Shown: positions 11,791-26,656 of the stretch, piece after piece
Position numbering within the stretch: position 1 is the stretch's first letter
Layout of the letters: each line of letters begins with the position of its first letter
From: Octopus sinensis
Lineage: Eukaryota
DNA length: 64,000 nucleotides
Assembly: GCF_006345805.1 (NCBI RefSeq)
Contig: NC_043004.1
Coordinates: forward strand, 87,358,001-87,422,000
Direction of reading: 5' to 3'
Notes under the pieces: model-generated
Told to the model about the DNA's origin: nothing
The model's database searches: none
Seen by the model: only the letters and a program-made list of their open reading frames with translations
Translations under genes and position numbers: made by a program

Positions 11791-13209
11791 GATAACCACC
11801 AGAAAGTTGCTTGCTATGCTAGAAATAGAAACCAAATCTCCCTCAAGTCACACCTTGCTGTAGTAAAAAAGAAAAAAAGTTCTAATCTGATTATATATAA
11901 TCCTAAAGATACAAAAAGCATAGTCACAGCTAGAATGTCATTGATCATAGATTCAGCCAGAGCTAACTTGGGGTTAAACAACAACAAGGTGATTATATTT
12001 TCATGCAAATGAAAATAGTTGCATATGATTTTCAAGCTATAGTTCTCAAGTTCAAAGCTTATCTTAGCATCCCCTATGTTGGGATTAATGCCTATCTTTT
12101 TCTTGTAAATAGATTGTGCATCAAAACACTGGTGTCATAAAAGAGTATTATTAGTTTATAGGCTAATAATGCTCTTTTTGTTCAGATAAGATTTTCTAAT
12201 AATTTAATTCAAATTAATTCCAACATCATCATGTCCAGTTTCCATGCTGGAATGAGTTGGACGTTTTGACAAGATTTAATGCATTAGAAGAAATCTTACT
12301 CCAGTGTTTCAGTTTCGGCATGGTTTTCACAGCTGGATGCCCTTCCCAACACTAACAACAGTGTACTAGGTCATTTTGTAATTTGCAAGACTGAAGAGCA
12401 CACTACACTGAGAGGGGCAATAGGAGACAGGGTGTACACTGTAAGCAAGTTAATGAGGTTAAAATATGATGGAGGAAGAGCAGGCACAGGTTTACTGCTT
12501 GTAGGTGAGATTCATGGCTTTGTATTTTATGCAAGTGAATGACGGAGGATGGATTGGGGCTCAAACAAAGGTAGATATAGTGATGAAATGCCAACCACAT
12601 GGTAACATGTCCAAGTGATATATAGAGAAAGAGTTGATACTGAAGAATCCGGGAGTGTGGGAAGAAGTTTATGAATGTGTAGGAGGAGAGTGAAGTCAAT
12701 ATAAAGATTGGGATGAAGATATGAAAGTGGACAGGGATTGGGATAGTCAATATAGGTAGGGTGGGGTGATGGATAAGAATAAGGAATGGCTGCTGACTGT
12801 AAGTAGCACAAACAAGCACCGTTCCCCATTCATTACATTCATCTCCATACATTTGGCTGCTTTCATCTCATGTTTAAATCCACCTCACTCCTCTACAGAA
12901 GAATCAAAGAGGGTGGTGAGTAAGGTACAACCTTACCCTTCACCCTCCTTGATTCTTCTGTATCCATGCTGTCTTCTACATACCTAACCATTTCTACCAG
13001 CCCACTACTTGCAATCTCTAACCCTACCCTCACCCTCCTATCACTCAATCCTCCATCACTTTTCTTTCTGCTGTATTACTCTACTGCTATCAGAAATTAA
13101 AACAGAACCTGTTACTACTCACCATATCAACATTTCTGTACAACTGGTCACCACTCCCTCTGCACCCATCCCTCATTCTTAATACATTCCAATTCCATCC
13201 ATTTAGATT

Positions 13210-13960
13210 AAGCAGGTAAGATGAGCAAGTTAATCACTTTGCATACCTTGGAAGTGTGCTCTCTACCAAATGCAATTCTGAACAAGATGTGAAATGAAGA
13301 ATTAGATTGGCCTACCCAGTTTTTGGTAAACTAACAAGACATGTGTTTAAAAACAACTTTGAAGACAAAGATTACGGTCTACAAAGCTGTTGTCATATCC
13401 ACGCTCTTATGCGGTTGTGAGACTTGGACTTTGTTGTGAGACTTGGACATTGCAACATCAAAAAATTTGAACGCTTTCATCAACTGAAACTTCACTCTCT
13501 TGAACATCAAGTGGTTTGACTATGTCTTCAATAACTATGTGATAGAAAGAGCAAATAATAGCCAGGGCATTGAATCCCTGATCATGAAATAGTCTTTGAT
13601 GGGCCGACCATGTCACCAGGATGAACAATGAACTGGCAACCAGGAAAAGACAAAGTGGTGTCCCTCTTTGATACTACAAAATCAGCTTGAGTCAGCTCTA
13701 AAGCAGACCAGCTTCGAACCCCTGGCTTTTGAGACAACAGTAACTAACCATTCTGACTAATGACAAAACATAAACAATAGCAAAATTGTTTGAAAGAGAA
13801 AGAATAAGAAAAGAGAAGGAGAGACAATGGCAATGGAAGGCAATTGATGTGTTTTATGCAAGAATTGGTTTTGTTAGTCACATTTGCCACCAGCATTAAT
13901 GGTCCAAATATTCATCCAGGAGAAATCAATCCTTGGATTTGAGGGACAAGCTGACGATGA
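13210..13960 (+). mobile_element. RTE-clade LINE 3' remnant
   Basis: Degenerate frames give FAYLGSVL..RIRLA..FGKL..TKITVYKAVVISTLLCGCETWTL (RT C-terminal region). Ends in a GAT-type tail. Confidence 0.7.
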
Positions 13961-14099
13961 TATTAAGCATATTTATAGAATATAATTCAACCAACACTGA
14001 ACATGGTTTATACTTCATTCTCATTTATTTTTAAAAGTTTCAAATACGGAGCAGAAGAAATTGTAATGTTTAGCTCTTTAGCATTCAAGTTATTCTGTT

Positions 14100-14878
14100 G
14101 AATGTACTGTTCAGTTATGTCAAACATAATTGCTTGGAGAAGAATAGAGAAAGTTGAGAAAGCTTTTACCTCTGTTAGCAAACCAAAGGTCTCTCTCTCT
14201 CTGAGTGAAAGGAAGATTGGATGATGCATTTGTATGAACAGCAATACTGCATTGTAGTGAGACATGGGTCCTGAATGCAGAGGACATGTGAAGACTAAAG
14301 ATGAATGAAGCTGGTATGCTCTTCTGGATGTGCAATGTCAGTGTACATGTGTGACAGAGCACTAGTATATTGAGAGAAAAGTTAGGCCTAAGAGGAATTA
14401 TATGCAGTGTGCAAGAGAGGAGCCTGTGCTGATTTGATCACATAATGCAGATGGATGAGGAGTTGCATAAACAAGTGCTGATCACTTAAAGTGGAGGGAA
14501 GTTGTGGAAGAGGGAGACCCAGGAATACATGGGACGAAGTCTTGAAGGCTGATCTCAAAACGCTGAGCCTTACAAAGGAGATCACAGGGGACTGAGAAAC
14601 GTGCTGCATTGCTATGCTCAAGAAGTCCTGCTCATCGCAACAGAATTGATATCCTAAAATCAAGGTGCCACATAAAAAGCACTGGTGTTGGTGCTGTTGC
14701 CATGTAAAAAGCACCCAGTACACTATGTAAAGTGACTAGCATTAGGAAGGGCATCCAGCTGTAGAAACCAAGCTAAAACAGACATAGGAACCTAGTGTGA
14801 CCCCTGTCCGTACCAGTGCTTGTGAAGTCATGCAATCCAGGCTAGCATGGAAAATGAATGTTAAATGATGATGATGAC
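14100..14878 (+). mobile_element. RTE LINE remnant with (GAT)n tail
   Basis: Degenerate SETWVLNAEDM..L.MNEAGMLFWMCNVS and GSCGRGRPRNTWDEVL. The 3' end is the same as the abundant SINE tail and ends ATGATGATGA. Confidence 0.7.
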
Positions 14879-15409
14879 AACATCCTTTTAAATATATTTT
14901 CTATGCTCTTTTACTTGTTTTTCTTATTTCAGTCACTGGACTGCACCCATGCAGTCCACTGCTTTGAAGGGGTTAGTCAAATAAATCAAACCTAGTACTT
15001 ATTTTTAAGTCTGGTACTTGTCCTATTGGACCCTTTTGTTGAACTGCTTCATTACAGAGACATAAACAAACCAATGGTGGTTGTCAAATGGTGATGAGAG
15101 ACAAACACATATACATACATGATGGGCTTTCAGAGTTTCTGCCTACCAAATTCATTCACAAAGCATTAGTTGGGCTAGAGCTATAGAAGGCATCATTTGC
15201 CCAAGGTACAGCACAGTGGGGCTGAACCCAAAAACCAGGTAGTTGCAAAGTAGGCTTCTTCACTAAACAGCCACGAGTATTTAAATTTATTCTCAGATTT
15301 GTTTTTGTTTTATAACAGATAGTTGCTCTGTTCTGGTATTTATCTGCTTTGTAGAATCTTTATCTTTTATGGTTTTTGTTTAATTTGTCTGTGAAAGACC
15401 TGTTGAGTC

Positions 15410-15792
15410 AAGTGAAATCATTGTTGTGGCTGATGCCAGTACCACTTGACTGGCACCCAAGCCGGTGGCACATAAAAAGCACCATCCAAGTGTGGTTGAT
15501 GTCAGTCCCACCAGACTGGCACTCGTGCCGGTGGCGCATAAAATGCACCATACAAACGTGGTTGATGCTAGTGTCACATGACTGGTCCCATGCTGGTGGC
15601 ACATAAAAAGCACAATTCAAGTGTGGTTGTTATCAGTGCCGTCAGCATGTAAAAAGCACCATTCAAGCGTGGTTGTTGCCAGTATAAAAAGCACCTACTA
15701 CACTCTCAGAGTAGTTGGCATTAGGAAGGGCATCCAGCAGTAGAAACCTTGCCAGCATAGAAAGCAGACATCAGATGATGATGATGATGATG
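15410..15792 (+). repeat. SINE/RTE-tail copy with internal ~65-bp tandem array
   Basis: Degenerate units GGTGGCACATAAAAAGCACCAT.CAAG.GTGGTTG start near 15464, 15530, 15595 and 15646. (GAT)n tail at ~15775-15792. Confidence 0.75.
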
Positions 15793-16514
15793 TCTGCTCA
15801 GAAATTAGATATATTCTTGTATTATAACACACATGTTTCAGAACACTGGAACACATGTCAAAATGAGGCTGTCACCTCTCTCTCATCATGACTGCATATG
15901 TTGCTGGAAACAAAGAAAAAGCTCTTTTCCTGGTGAGCATAATGCTCATCCCTCTATGGGTACATCTTTATCCATTAATGATCTTTGTAAGTACATTTAT
16001 AGTAGACCCATTTGTCTCTTTCTCTATACACACACAATAATAATAATAATGGAAGTCTGTCGGGGTTCGGCAATGTCAGTGATGCCAGGGGTGGGAGCAG
16101 AACGAGGCCACATGCAGAAGTAGGGTTGGGGATCTTCTCTTTTCGGGTTTGTTGCCCCTGGTCCAGGCTCTTGAGGCACTTTTTCTCGAACAGCCTAATA
16201 CCCTTCTAGGTGTTTAATACACACATAAACACTTTCTAACCAATTAAAAAGAAAAAACAAAATGTTAAAAAAGTTTTTAAAATGTGTGAAATAAATGGAA
16301 GAGATAGAAGGGAAAGATAACAATAAAGATAAGAAAACAACTGAAGTGTTAAGTGATAAGCAAGAAAGAAAAAAAAAAGCAGAAGAGAGAAAGATATTGA
16401 AAAGAAAAAAAAGTAAAATTAAAACAGAAATTAAATATTTCAATTAAGTGCTAAAAATTCATTCTGTGAGCGTTGAATTGTATGGAAATTAATGTGAATT
16501 GTTTAGATATTTAC

Positions 16515-16648
16515 CATCCATTACTGGCACAACTATCAATGCTCTGTCGATGAATACTGTATTGGTTAAGTGAAGGGCTACACCAACACTGCTTGGGTCT
16601 TCGAACTTCACGTAACATACTCGAGCTGATACTTGTGAGTCAGATTCA
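16515..16648 (-). CDS. SREK1: SREK1/SRSF11-like exon 2, RRM1 second half
   Basis: (D)ESDSQVSARVCYVKFEDPSSVGVALHLTNTVFIDRALIVVPVMD(G), matching the family motif VCYVKF.DPSSVGVA.HLTNTVFIDRALIVVP. Phases 2/1. Confidence 0.96.
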
Positions 16649-19608
16649 CTGAAAGTACAAACACAGATACAAGTAAATATGCCAGTATCAAGACAAAGGA
16701 CATAAAGCGAATAGAAAAATAGCCGATACATACACAAAGATAGGAAATAAAACAGTAATTGCATTTAGTTGAAATACTTAGATTATAAGAGTAGATTTCA
16801 GACATTCAATTTTAAAAGCAATTACTAAACTAAAATAGCATTAATTTGGAAGATTATATAATTAAGAGAAAATGTTTGTTACACAACAGATGATATAAGT
16901 AATTGGTGACAAGTCATTACCAGCTTATTTTAGTAGTTAATTAGAATTAGTCAAGCACCAATGCATGAAGCTCACAAAAACTCTTATTAGTATAATATAC
17001 TAACTGATATTGTATCAGAAAAGAGCAGGAGTTGAACTGTATTATAAGCAGTGTAGCACCGTTGAAGACTGGGTCTTTTGAATTACTTGTGCTAATAATG
17101 TTTTATTTACTCCTAGAGGACTTTCTTTAAATAGTTAGATCTTACAGAGAATGGTAGATTATAGTTAATGAATGTGATAGCAGTCAGTAAATAAAATATG
17201 ATAATAGCTTCATGCCAGCTAATTGATTAGAAAGTTGATTAAAAATTTATTGAAGGTCTTCATAAGAGACTTGAAAAATTCATTTGATGAACTTCCCTCA
17301 GAGTTTGAGTGAATGCCATTTGCTGGGATATTGTTTGGAATTATGATTTGTGGCAGTAGAAACGAACTGGTGTAGATATTAGTCAACAACCACAAATCTC
17401 TGTCCTTGTTGCAGTATAGTGGCTTGTGTATCTCAATGACCCTCATAGCTATGACACTGGAGAGCAAGTTCTTGGTAGGGCCTCTCATACTGGATAGGTC
17501 AGGATAGAGGCCAAACTAATATGGACCTCTTCCCAGAGGTAAAAATAGGTTTGCACAGGACCAATGCCCCTTGTTAGAGGAAGGACTTCCCTCAGGGAAA
17601 CATATGAACCCACAAAGGAAGCAGAAGAGAGAATGCCCCAAAATACTAATGCAGAGCTGAAAAAGCAGAGATCCAACTGGAGTGAAACAGAATGGACAGC
17701 CAAGAGTCAAAAACAGTGGAGTAAAGTTGTCAATGATCTAGGCTCCATAGGGAGTGAAGATAACTAAGATAGTGAAACTTTTGAGAGTGGAGTCAGAACT
17801 ATAATTCCCTGTTCACTGCTTCAGTTTCCTTATTGCCCACTTTATTATGAGAGAGAGACAAATAAGGCGATACCAAAATATTAGGGATTATGAGCCGTAA
17901 GGAAACAAAGGACACATTAAAAGTGTTTCAGAATGATGGTTGACTTTCTTAGATATAGGGAAATGGAAAAGCTAGAACATTTTCAGTAGATTCATAACAG
18001 AATTAGTTGATTATTTTTACCCCATGGGTCTTTCACTTCAGACATCCTAATCTTTAATCCACACTTCAAATGACAAAATAACTTTTATGCTTCAAATACC
18101 TGTGAATCATGCTGTCTTTATATAATCAACAATTCTGATAGTGAAGACACAGAGGGGTTGGCAACTTAACAGTGTGAGCTTGTTGACATATTTAATGTTG
18201 CAGGCTTATGGCATGCAAGTAGTCAACCAAACAACAACGCACACCCCAAAGATCTATTTATCTTTTTGATGTCTTATTTGACCTGTATTCAAATTATGAC
18301 CATCCTGTTGTCTCTTCCGGTATATAATACTTAGGATTAATTTGTCAAGTACATTTAGGCAGTTTAAGATGGTTGGGTATGAGGAGACACCTTCATAGGC
18401 CAAGCTTTTGATGTGTATAGAGTCTGTCTTTGAGTGAACCAGATAGGCAAGACAATATTTAAGGGATATATAGAAGAACTTCTGGACATGTAGTTTCAAG
18501 AGTAATCTTCAATTTTAGTAGTTTTATTTCCATGTAAGTAGTTTATAAGTGTTATGGTAGTCATGAAGTGGATTAGAAATTTCTTTGTGAAAATGCATGG
18601 CGTTGTGATTAGGGTGTTACACTCATAATTGTAAGATCAAGGTTTCCACTCTCAAACCAGACGGTATATTGTGTTCTTGAGCAAAACATTTCATTCCATG
18701 TTGCTCCGGTCAACTCAGCTGCAAATGAGTTCTAGCAACAGCTAGTAAGTTAATTCTGTGACATGCCAGTGTCCCATTCAATTACTTATACCTCTATGAA
18801 AACTGGGTTACGATCTGACTTTATGAGTCCTTCATGACTAATAAATTCCTTCAGGGTTACTATAATATTGCTCTTGAAAAACCAATAAATGTTTTTTCTA
18901 GAGGTATCAGTCATGATCTTAGTGACATTTTCAGGTATATTGTACCCTGGACTACATAATCCAGTAGGTCGCTTCTTTTTTTTACTAGACAGTAAAGTGC
19001 TATATGAAGGAGATTTGACTAATATTTCTAGCAGGTCAAGGACCATTTAGAGCAGCATTTTCCAACCAAGATTCTTCAAAACACTGAGTTCTATGAGAAA
19101 TACTAATAAATACGTTAATTACAGGTAAAGTTATTTTTGAGCAATTTTCATATTCAATTTTATATTTGCAATTCTATTATACATGCACAGACAAGGAAAT
19201 CATATCATTTGTAAGCAGTAAAGAGACTAATGAAGAATTGTATGGTAATTTGATCTAAATGCGGTCTTGATTAAGACAAAATTCCTTAAACCAATTTTTT
19301 TGTGGAGTCTCGTGGATTTAGCACTGCCAAAGATAGTTTTATGGTCTGTTCAATCTCTTGAGAAGTTTATGAAAGAGAAAGAAAAAGATTAATAAAGATA
19401 TACATTGATTTGTAATGTAGGGGTTGCCTGAGACATGAAATGTATTGCAAGGGTTCCCAAAAAGTAGGAAATGATGTAGAGTCAACTTTGATGCTTTGAA
19501 GTCAATGATGATAGCAATGATGCTTGGAGAGCTACAGAAACTTTCTAAATGTACTAATTGAACTGATGAGGGTTAAGTGTTAAGATAAATCACTGCAACA
19601 CTCTAGTT

Positions 19609-19860
19609 CAGTGATTCCCAAACTTTTCAGGCTGCCACCCCCTTGACACCCAGGCCACATTCCTAGTGCCTTCACCCCAACTAACCATCATAAACATAGA
19701 CCTCTTTCTACAGCAAATTCAAAGCAACTGTATTTCACAAATAAAACTTAACCTAATGACCCCATTATTTTGTTGTTTTTATATAATTCGCCAACCCATT
19801 ATTGCCTCACTTTTCTTCAACGCCCCCAGGGGGCAATACAGCCCACTTTGGGAACCACTA
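19609..19860. mobile_element. hAT (Charlie/MER5-like) MITE
   Basis: TIRs CAGTGATTCCCAAA / TTTGGGAACCACTA. Perfect 8-bp TSD CTCTAGTT at 19601-19608 and 19861-19868. Confidence 0.85.
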
Positions 19861-20095
19861 CTCTAGTTCATCAGTGTTTCTAAGGAAGTGTTGAATTTTT
19901 TTGTTTTTTAGTTTATATCTCTAAACAATAATAATATAAATTGAAGGAAAGGTAGACTGATTAACATCATGTCTGTATTGTTTCAAACATATTTATTTAA
20001 ACCACTTATAAAGTAATACTCTGCATACAGTCTTCCTAGAAATATAAACAAACATATCAAACCTACTGAAAGAGAATTATTTTCATGACATTTAA

Positions 20096-20674
20096 CCCTT
20101 CAGCATTTAAACCAGCTGGATCAGACCCAAATTCTCTATCTGGTTTATGTTTAAACTAACCAGCCTCTCACACCTACTCTAGAATAGCATTCTAAAAATA
20201 TACAATTGCACATCATCAAAATCTTGAAGCTACAAGATAATGCATGATTAATTCAAAATAATTGTCATTATTTAATGTCCGTTTTCCATGCTAGCATGGG
20301 TTGGACGGTTTGACTGGGGTCTAAGAAGCCAGGAGGCTGTACCAGACTCCAGTCTGATCTGGCAGTGTTTCTACGGCTGGATGCCCTTCCTAACGCCAAC
20401 CACTCCGTGAGTGTAGCGGGTGCTTTTTACGTGCCACCAGCACAGGGGCCAGAGGAGGCTGGCATCGTCCACAATCAGTTGGTGCTTTTTTACGTACCAC
20501 CGGCATGGAAACCAGTCAAGGCGGAGCTGGCATTGGCCACATTCAGATGGTGCGTTTTACGTGCCACCGGCACAGGTATCACAACTACAATTTCCATTTG
20601 ATTTTCATTTTGATGTTGATGTACTTGACTCAATAGGTCTCCGCATTTGACAGAGTCATCTGAATGCTAAAAGG
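20096..20674. mobile_element. TTAA-type (piggyBac-like) MITE with nested SINE
   Basis: TTAA-CCCTTCAGCATTT ... TGAATGCTAAAAGG-TTAA. A SINE occupies ~20265-20645. Confidence 0.75.
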
Positions 20675-23399
20675 TTAAACTCCATCTCAAGTATCATACA
20701 TACACCCACAATATTAATGTTTGTTTTTATGTCAGGTTATAATAAAAACAATTTAACATTAAACTGAAGAATTACTCAATCTTTCTTTTTTTTTTTTTTT
20801 TTGTAGAGTACATGTTTATTAAACATTTACTAAAGATGCAACAGTGACTTGAAAGTTTCAGCCTGCAGTCTGAGAGAGAGGGAGAGAGAAAGAGAGAGTC
20901 TGGATATCAATAGAAACATCATTTAAAATGAACTGAACGTAACTTCTAGGAAGCAAAAATACAAATCTAAAAAGTTAATGCATTGCTGTATTTATCATGA
21001 AATAAAGAGCAATTATTACAAATTGCTAAAACTTGAAAATAGATATATTAAAATCAAACTGGAAAAGAATTTGTGCTTGAAAAATCATTAAAAAGATTTA
21101 ACTGGTGTTAACAGCTGCACTACCATAGGAGCTTCAGCCCCTTGTGGGCAATAAAAGAAATATATATGTGTTACTTGATGTGCAAGAAATAGCAACCAAA
21201 TCTCCCTCAAACCATATCTAAAGAAGAGCACATAGTCTCCAAAACAGACAAATATGGGATGGTCACAATGAATGCATTTGACCTTAGCTTTGCTTGATCA
21301 GAATTGACTGGGGGGGGGGGGTAAATAACAATAACAGCTGCCAGCATCACCTATGAAATGTAAGTTACTGGGGAGCTTGTATAGGGTTGCACAACCTGCT
21401 TGCATAGTAGTCAAATCTCTCCAGTATCACAATCTACTGTCTTAAAAAAGAATTCAAGAGCATGTGGTTCTAAGGGTCACTATACTAAAGCAAAGACAAG
21501 ATATCATCCTTGTTTAAATGTTCACTTTTCCAGGCTGGCATGAAATGGATAGAATTCAGAGGCAAAATTTCTTCAGCCAAATGTTCTTCCAGTCACCAAC
21601 CTTCATACATTTCCCTATAGCCAGACACGTTTTTCACAGTGATGTTCATTTACAACCATTGTGATATCAAGACAAGGGTACACACACATACATACAAACA
21701 TATACATGAGTGTGTGGTAGGCTTCTTTCAGTTTCCATCTAGCAAATCCACTCACAAGGCAATTGTAGAAGACATTTGCCCAAAGTGTCCTGCAGTACAA
21801 TTAAACTTGAGACCACATGCTTGAGAAGCAAGCTTCTTACACAGAGAGACACACGTGGTAAAATGCCTTTGTAAGTTTGCTCAATCAGGATTGGCATGGT
21901 GCTTTAAAATATGCACAAGCAAAATTATTTATGTTATTAATTTTCACAGATGAGGGGAAACAGAATTTAGCAACACCCACAAAGACATGGGACAAGGTAA
22001 TGAAGCATGACCACCAAATGTTGAGTCTCACTGAGTGATTGAGACCTTTGGCAATTTGCTGTGCTTGAGAAGACACATCAAGCCATGTGAAACCACAGTC
22101 GTGACCAGTGCTGGTGATACAGAAAAGGAACCCATGCCAGTGACACGTAATAAGGCTCTCCCTTTTAATCATCATCATATTATTCCTTCTTCCCGTCCTT
22201 CATGGGTCATCTCAGTTCTTATTCAGAATTAATTATCTTCTGAGATAGGGTGGGAGACTGCATCTTGCTTGTGTTTCATTTTGGCATAGTTTCTACTGTA
22301 CAGAAAGTACTCATTTTATTATGGACCAGCAATAGAGAACCTGCCTCGTTCCCTGCAAAACTTGAGTCCTCTTTTCTCTATATTGTTTCTGTTCTTTCAA
22401 GGCAAACAGCAAAACAAGATTGAGAGGATGTTGGGAAAGGAAGTAAGGAAGAGAGAGAGATAGTCATTTTATATGCTGGTTGTTGGTAAATAGATTGAAA
22501 AAAATGTAGAATTAGCAACATAATGGTGTTGCAATGAAGATCGATGACTACAAAGGAGAATGAGTGATGGCTAGCAAAAGATAGGTGATGCTATGTGAGT
22601 AGCAGAAGAGAGGTAAAGTGATAAAGGGTGACAGTGAAAGAAACAAATACTGATAAGAGCAAAAGCCATTCTTCATTAGACATGCAGCACGGTACAGTGG
22701 ACAGGAGAGAAGGACCAGTGGTAGATGTAAGGGTAATGAAGAAGAGGTTCAACAGTCAACAGATGGAGGTTTAACAAGAATACAATGAGTAAGAAACCTA
22801 ATATACATTATAACTTACATCTCAACCACCATTTGAGCAACCATGCTTGCAACAGTGGGCAGGGCTTTCCTAAAACAGCAAGTCACCACTTACCATGGGC
22901 CTTTGGGAGATTTAGTTGCTTTGTCACAAGTCTTACTAGGGTTTCCTGTTCCATATCTTCCAACCACTTCAAATAGAACTTCTTTATACAACTGACATTC
23001 TCTATATGAATGTCTACAGCAGCACAATCTTCTATCTTGTACATTTCAGCTGATTCCTCTTATATCCAGCTTTCCTCTCAGCTCATTCGAGTTCTATCCT
23101 ATTTTCTCTTTCTAGCTATCACATAGCTTCCACAGTCAAATCTCATGTCTCACTATCATGCAGTACTGCACTTTGTGCACACACACATCATGCAATCTAT
23201 CCTTTACTCTGTTCCAGCACATACAACAGCTCCTGGACTCTTTGCCATCGAGCCCTGGCAACTATACTTGAGTAACACCCTATTACTGCTAATTAGGGAC
23301 ATGCAAGTAATAAAAGCTATCAACTACTTCTAATGAGTTTTCTAAGTAATTAAAGAAATTTTTCTACATGTATTCTTACAGCTGACTGCTCCCATACAT

Positions 23400-24600
23400 C
23401 TGTCAGAGTTTACTGCCACTGTCAACTTGTTTAATGTCCCACTATACCATTTGTGCATTCATTGTTTGCACTGATTAGGACGTTTAAGAAAAGTTTTCCT
23501 CGAGGCCTTTTCATTCCAACTTTTGCTTTCGTGTTTGAAATTTCTTCTCTAAATTCTGCTATAAGAACTACATCAGTGTACAAAACTTCTGACAGACAAC
23601 CAATCTTAACCATTTAGCATTTCAACTGACTACATCTGCTCCGAATATTTTACCTGTTTTATGGTCAGACCAGCTAGATCTGGCATTTCACACCTACCCT
23701 GCAATGTCATTCTAAAACCTCAGTCATGTAATCAAAATCTTGAAGCTACAAGATAACGCATGATTAATTGAAAACAATGTGAATAAATAAGCATTACATT
23801 TGACAGTAATCATCATCATTTACCATCTGCTTTCAATGCTGGCATGGCTTAGACAGTTGGACTAGAACTGGTAAGCTGTACTAGGTTCCAGTTAGATATG
23901 GCTTGGTTTCTACATCTGGATGCCCTTCCTAATACCAACCACTCCAAGAGTGTAGTGGGTACCTTTTACATGTCACAAACACAGGTGCCTGTTCTGTGTC
24001 ACTAGCATGGTATTGATCACGACTATGATTTCACTTGGCTTGACAAGTCTTCTCAAACACAAAGGGTTAAACTCCTGTTACAGTCTGGAGGACTGAGTAA
24101 TGAGCCTTGGTGGACCTCTATCTTGCACACTAAACTCACTGTTGATTGCAGTTCTGTAGAGAGTTTGTATGTCCATCTACGCTATACAGAGCCTGTCAAA
24201 AGCCCACAGCAGCTTAAAATTGCTATATCTAAGGCCTTACTCCTAGTTAAGTACTTTTGCAGTTGTCTAATTAGAAAGATGCCACTAGTAGTGCATCTTC
24301 CTGGCACAAACTCAAACCTCATCCTCTGTTCCTAATCAGATGTGCTTTAACACTTTCAGTAACTATCATAACTTTTGCTTCTGTGGCTTCCCCTTTCTGA
24401 TACATCACTTTTACCCTTATAACAGTTGATAATGGTACTGCTACAACAGTCATTGGGTGTGATACCTCCATGCAGTACCTGATTGTTGCAAATACTACAG
24501 TACGACCCACCTTGCAAGATATTTTCTGCATTTTAGCAGTTATATTTGACAGTTAAGCTGCTTTCAATTCATTATACTTTCGACCATTCCACCATTGACT
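23400..24600 (-). mobile_element. RTE LINE reverse-transcriptase remnant interrupted by a TTAA MITE and a SINE
   Basis: IGCLSEVLYTDVVLIAE (degenerate LLYADDLVLIAE) and PND....TIINCYKGKSD. The MITE at 23610-24066 has TTAA ends and contains a SINE at ~23811-24060. Confidence 0.7.
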
Positions 24601-26656
24601 TTAACCATTGATCACTGTTGGATCTTCTTGGAATAGGTGTTCTCTCACCTATGTATTCTCCTCGCTGAACAACTTCTTGTAATAATACTTTCATACCTCT
24701 TTTTTTCAGTATCGATAAAAGCAATTGTGCTGTTACCAATCCAACAACATTTCTCTTTACTAAGTATAATTGACATATGCTTAGCTTCTCTTCTAGCTGC
24801 TGCCCTCTTTCTCCCAAAATTTATAGTCTTCACATTTCCATCTTTGTTTATCACACTCTTAACCCCAACATTTTTCTCCTCTCACTAGAACTGCCTTCCT
24901 ATTCTCACAACTCCTTCAGTTTGGCCAACTATGTAGTGAAGACTGGTTTTCTTTCCTAATTAAATGAAATGTGTAATTTCCTCCTAACACACAAGAGATA
25001 CCATGTAGCATTAGTCAGCTCTACATTTCAGTGAGCCTAGGCCATGGTCAAGACATCTGCATTTTAACCCCAAATGCACACACCTAAAGACAGCTATCTT
25101 TCCTATGACCCTTCATCTGTCTGCCCTCTGTCTCTTCAACAAATTATTCTCTACAATTTTCATTTTCTTTCCTCTGACTGCTTATATCCCTTCCTTACAT
25201 TTTTAAATGCTCCCATTCTGCTTGCTATATTTGCCTCATCTCAAACAGGATATTATTAATAACTGGTCTAAATAAAACTCAATTCCATATCACTAGCTGA
25301 TATAATAGTAGTTCCACTAACTTCATATAATTCATCCAATGTTAACTTTGTAATTCCTTAAATGTGGTGAGTGAAACAGGACATCGTTTGGATGACCAGT
25401 TTCAAAATATTCAGAACAACACTCAATTAATTCACAAGGCATTTTATTCAATCATCTCAAATGTTTTCTTATATCACAATTCAACCACCCTCCATAAACA
25501 AACAAAAAAAAAACCCTAATGTTTACTTTAAGTACATCTTCTTCCCCAATAGGCATTAAGATAGTCTCTATCCCTGTCCATACCGTCTTCTCTACTTTCA
25601 TCCATATAACAGCTGCTTGTGATGCTCCACCATCTCCTCAGAACTATTTACCATATTTGATGGCATAAAAGATGCTCGAGCATATTAGATTGGCTCAACC
25701 ATAATATTTTAAGTTTGGTACTGATTTCTACTGGTCTCTTTATTCCAAACTGCCAGGTTATCAGGGATGTAAACAAACCAATACCAGTTGACAAGTAATG
25801 AGAGACAAATACAAATGATAGATTTCAGCACATTTTCCATCAATGAAATTCATTCATGAGGCACTGGTCAGCCTAGGACTATAGAAGAAAACTCTTGCCC
25901 AAGGTGCCACACAGTGAAACTGAACCTGAAACCATGTGGTTGGAAAGTGAACTTCTTAACCACTCAGTTGCACATGTACATAATTTTCAATCCAGAAACA
26001 AAATGACACCACTATTTTTTTTGTTCACGAACATTTCAATAAGAAAATTCCACTCTCATTTACATATTCATCAATATTCCAAACATAACTAAAAAAAATG
26101 CCACACATCTACTGAAAAACAGAAATGCAGATTTTTAGTAGTTAGCGATCATTTATAAAGCTTTGATACAACTATGTAGAGCAGCTTCCATCTCAGACTG
26201 AGAAAAGGAAAACAAATTTACCATATTAAGAACACTAGAGAGATGTATAAAAGATAATTAATGCTAGTTAAATGCTGCTTAGTAGCCAGAAATATTATGG
26301 TTAATAATATTTCTTAGCTCCTAAGAAAAATATTTTCATTGTTTAATAATTTACAAGTTCTGACAATACTGAACTATGCCTGACTAGTTTGAAAATTTAT
26401 TACATTAGAATTGAAAATCATCATCATCATTTAACATTTTTTTTTCCATGCTGGCATTGGTTGGATGGTTCAACAAGAGTTGGTGAGCTAAGGAACTGCA
26501 CCAAGCTCTAATGTCTGCTTTGAGATGGTTTCTACAGCTGAATGCTTTTCCTAATATCAATCAGTAACTTTTATTTCAGTAGTTTTATTCAAAAGGACAT
26601 TGACTGAGCTTTAATGCATTGTTTTTCTTTTCCAAACTACTTACAAAAGTCATTAA

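Noticed and set aside
12400-13000. Long ORFs rich in Leu/Pro/Ile/His, also at 48399 and 50862-51409
   Set aside because: They come from purine/pyrimidine-skewed low-complexity repeat sequence, with no domain or splice support.
15440-15700. Regularly spaced repeats resembling a CRISPR array
   Set aside because: The units are degenerate, the spacers are similar to one another, and the array lies inside a SINE in a eukaryotic intron with no cas genes.
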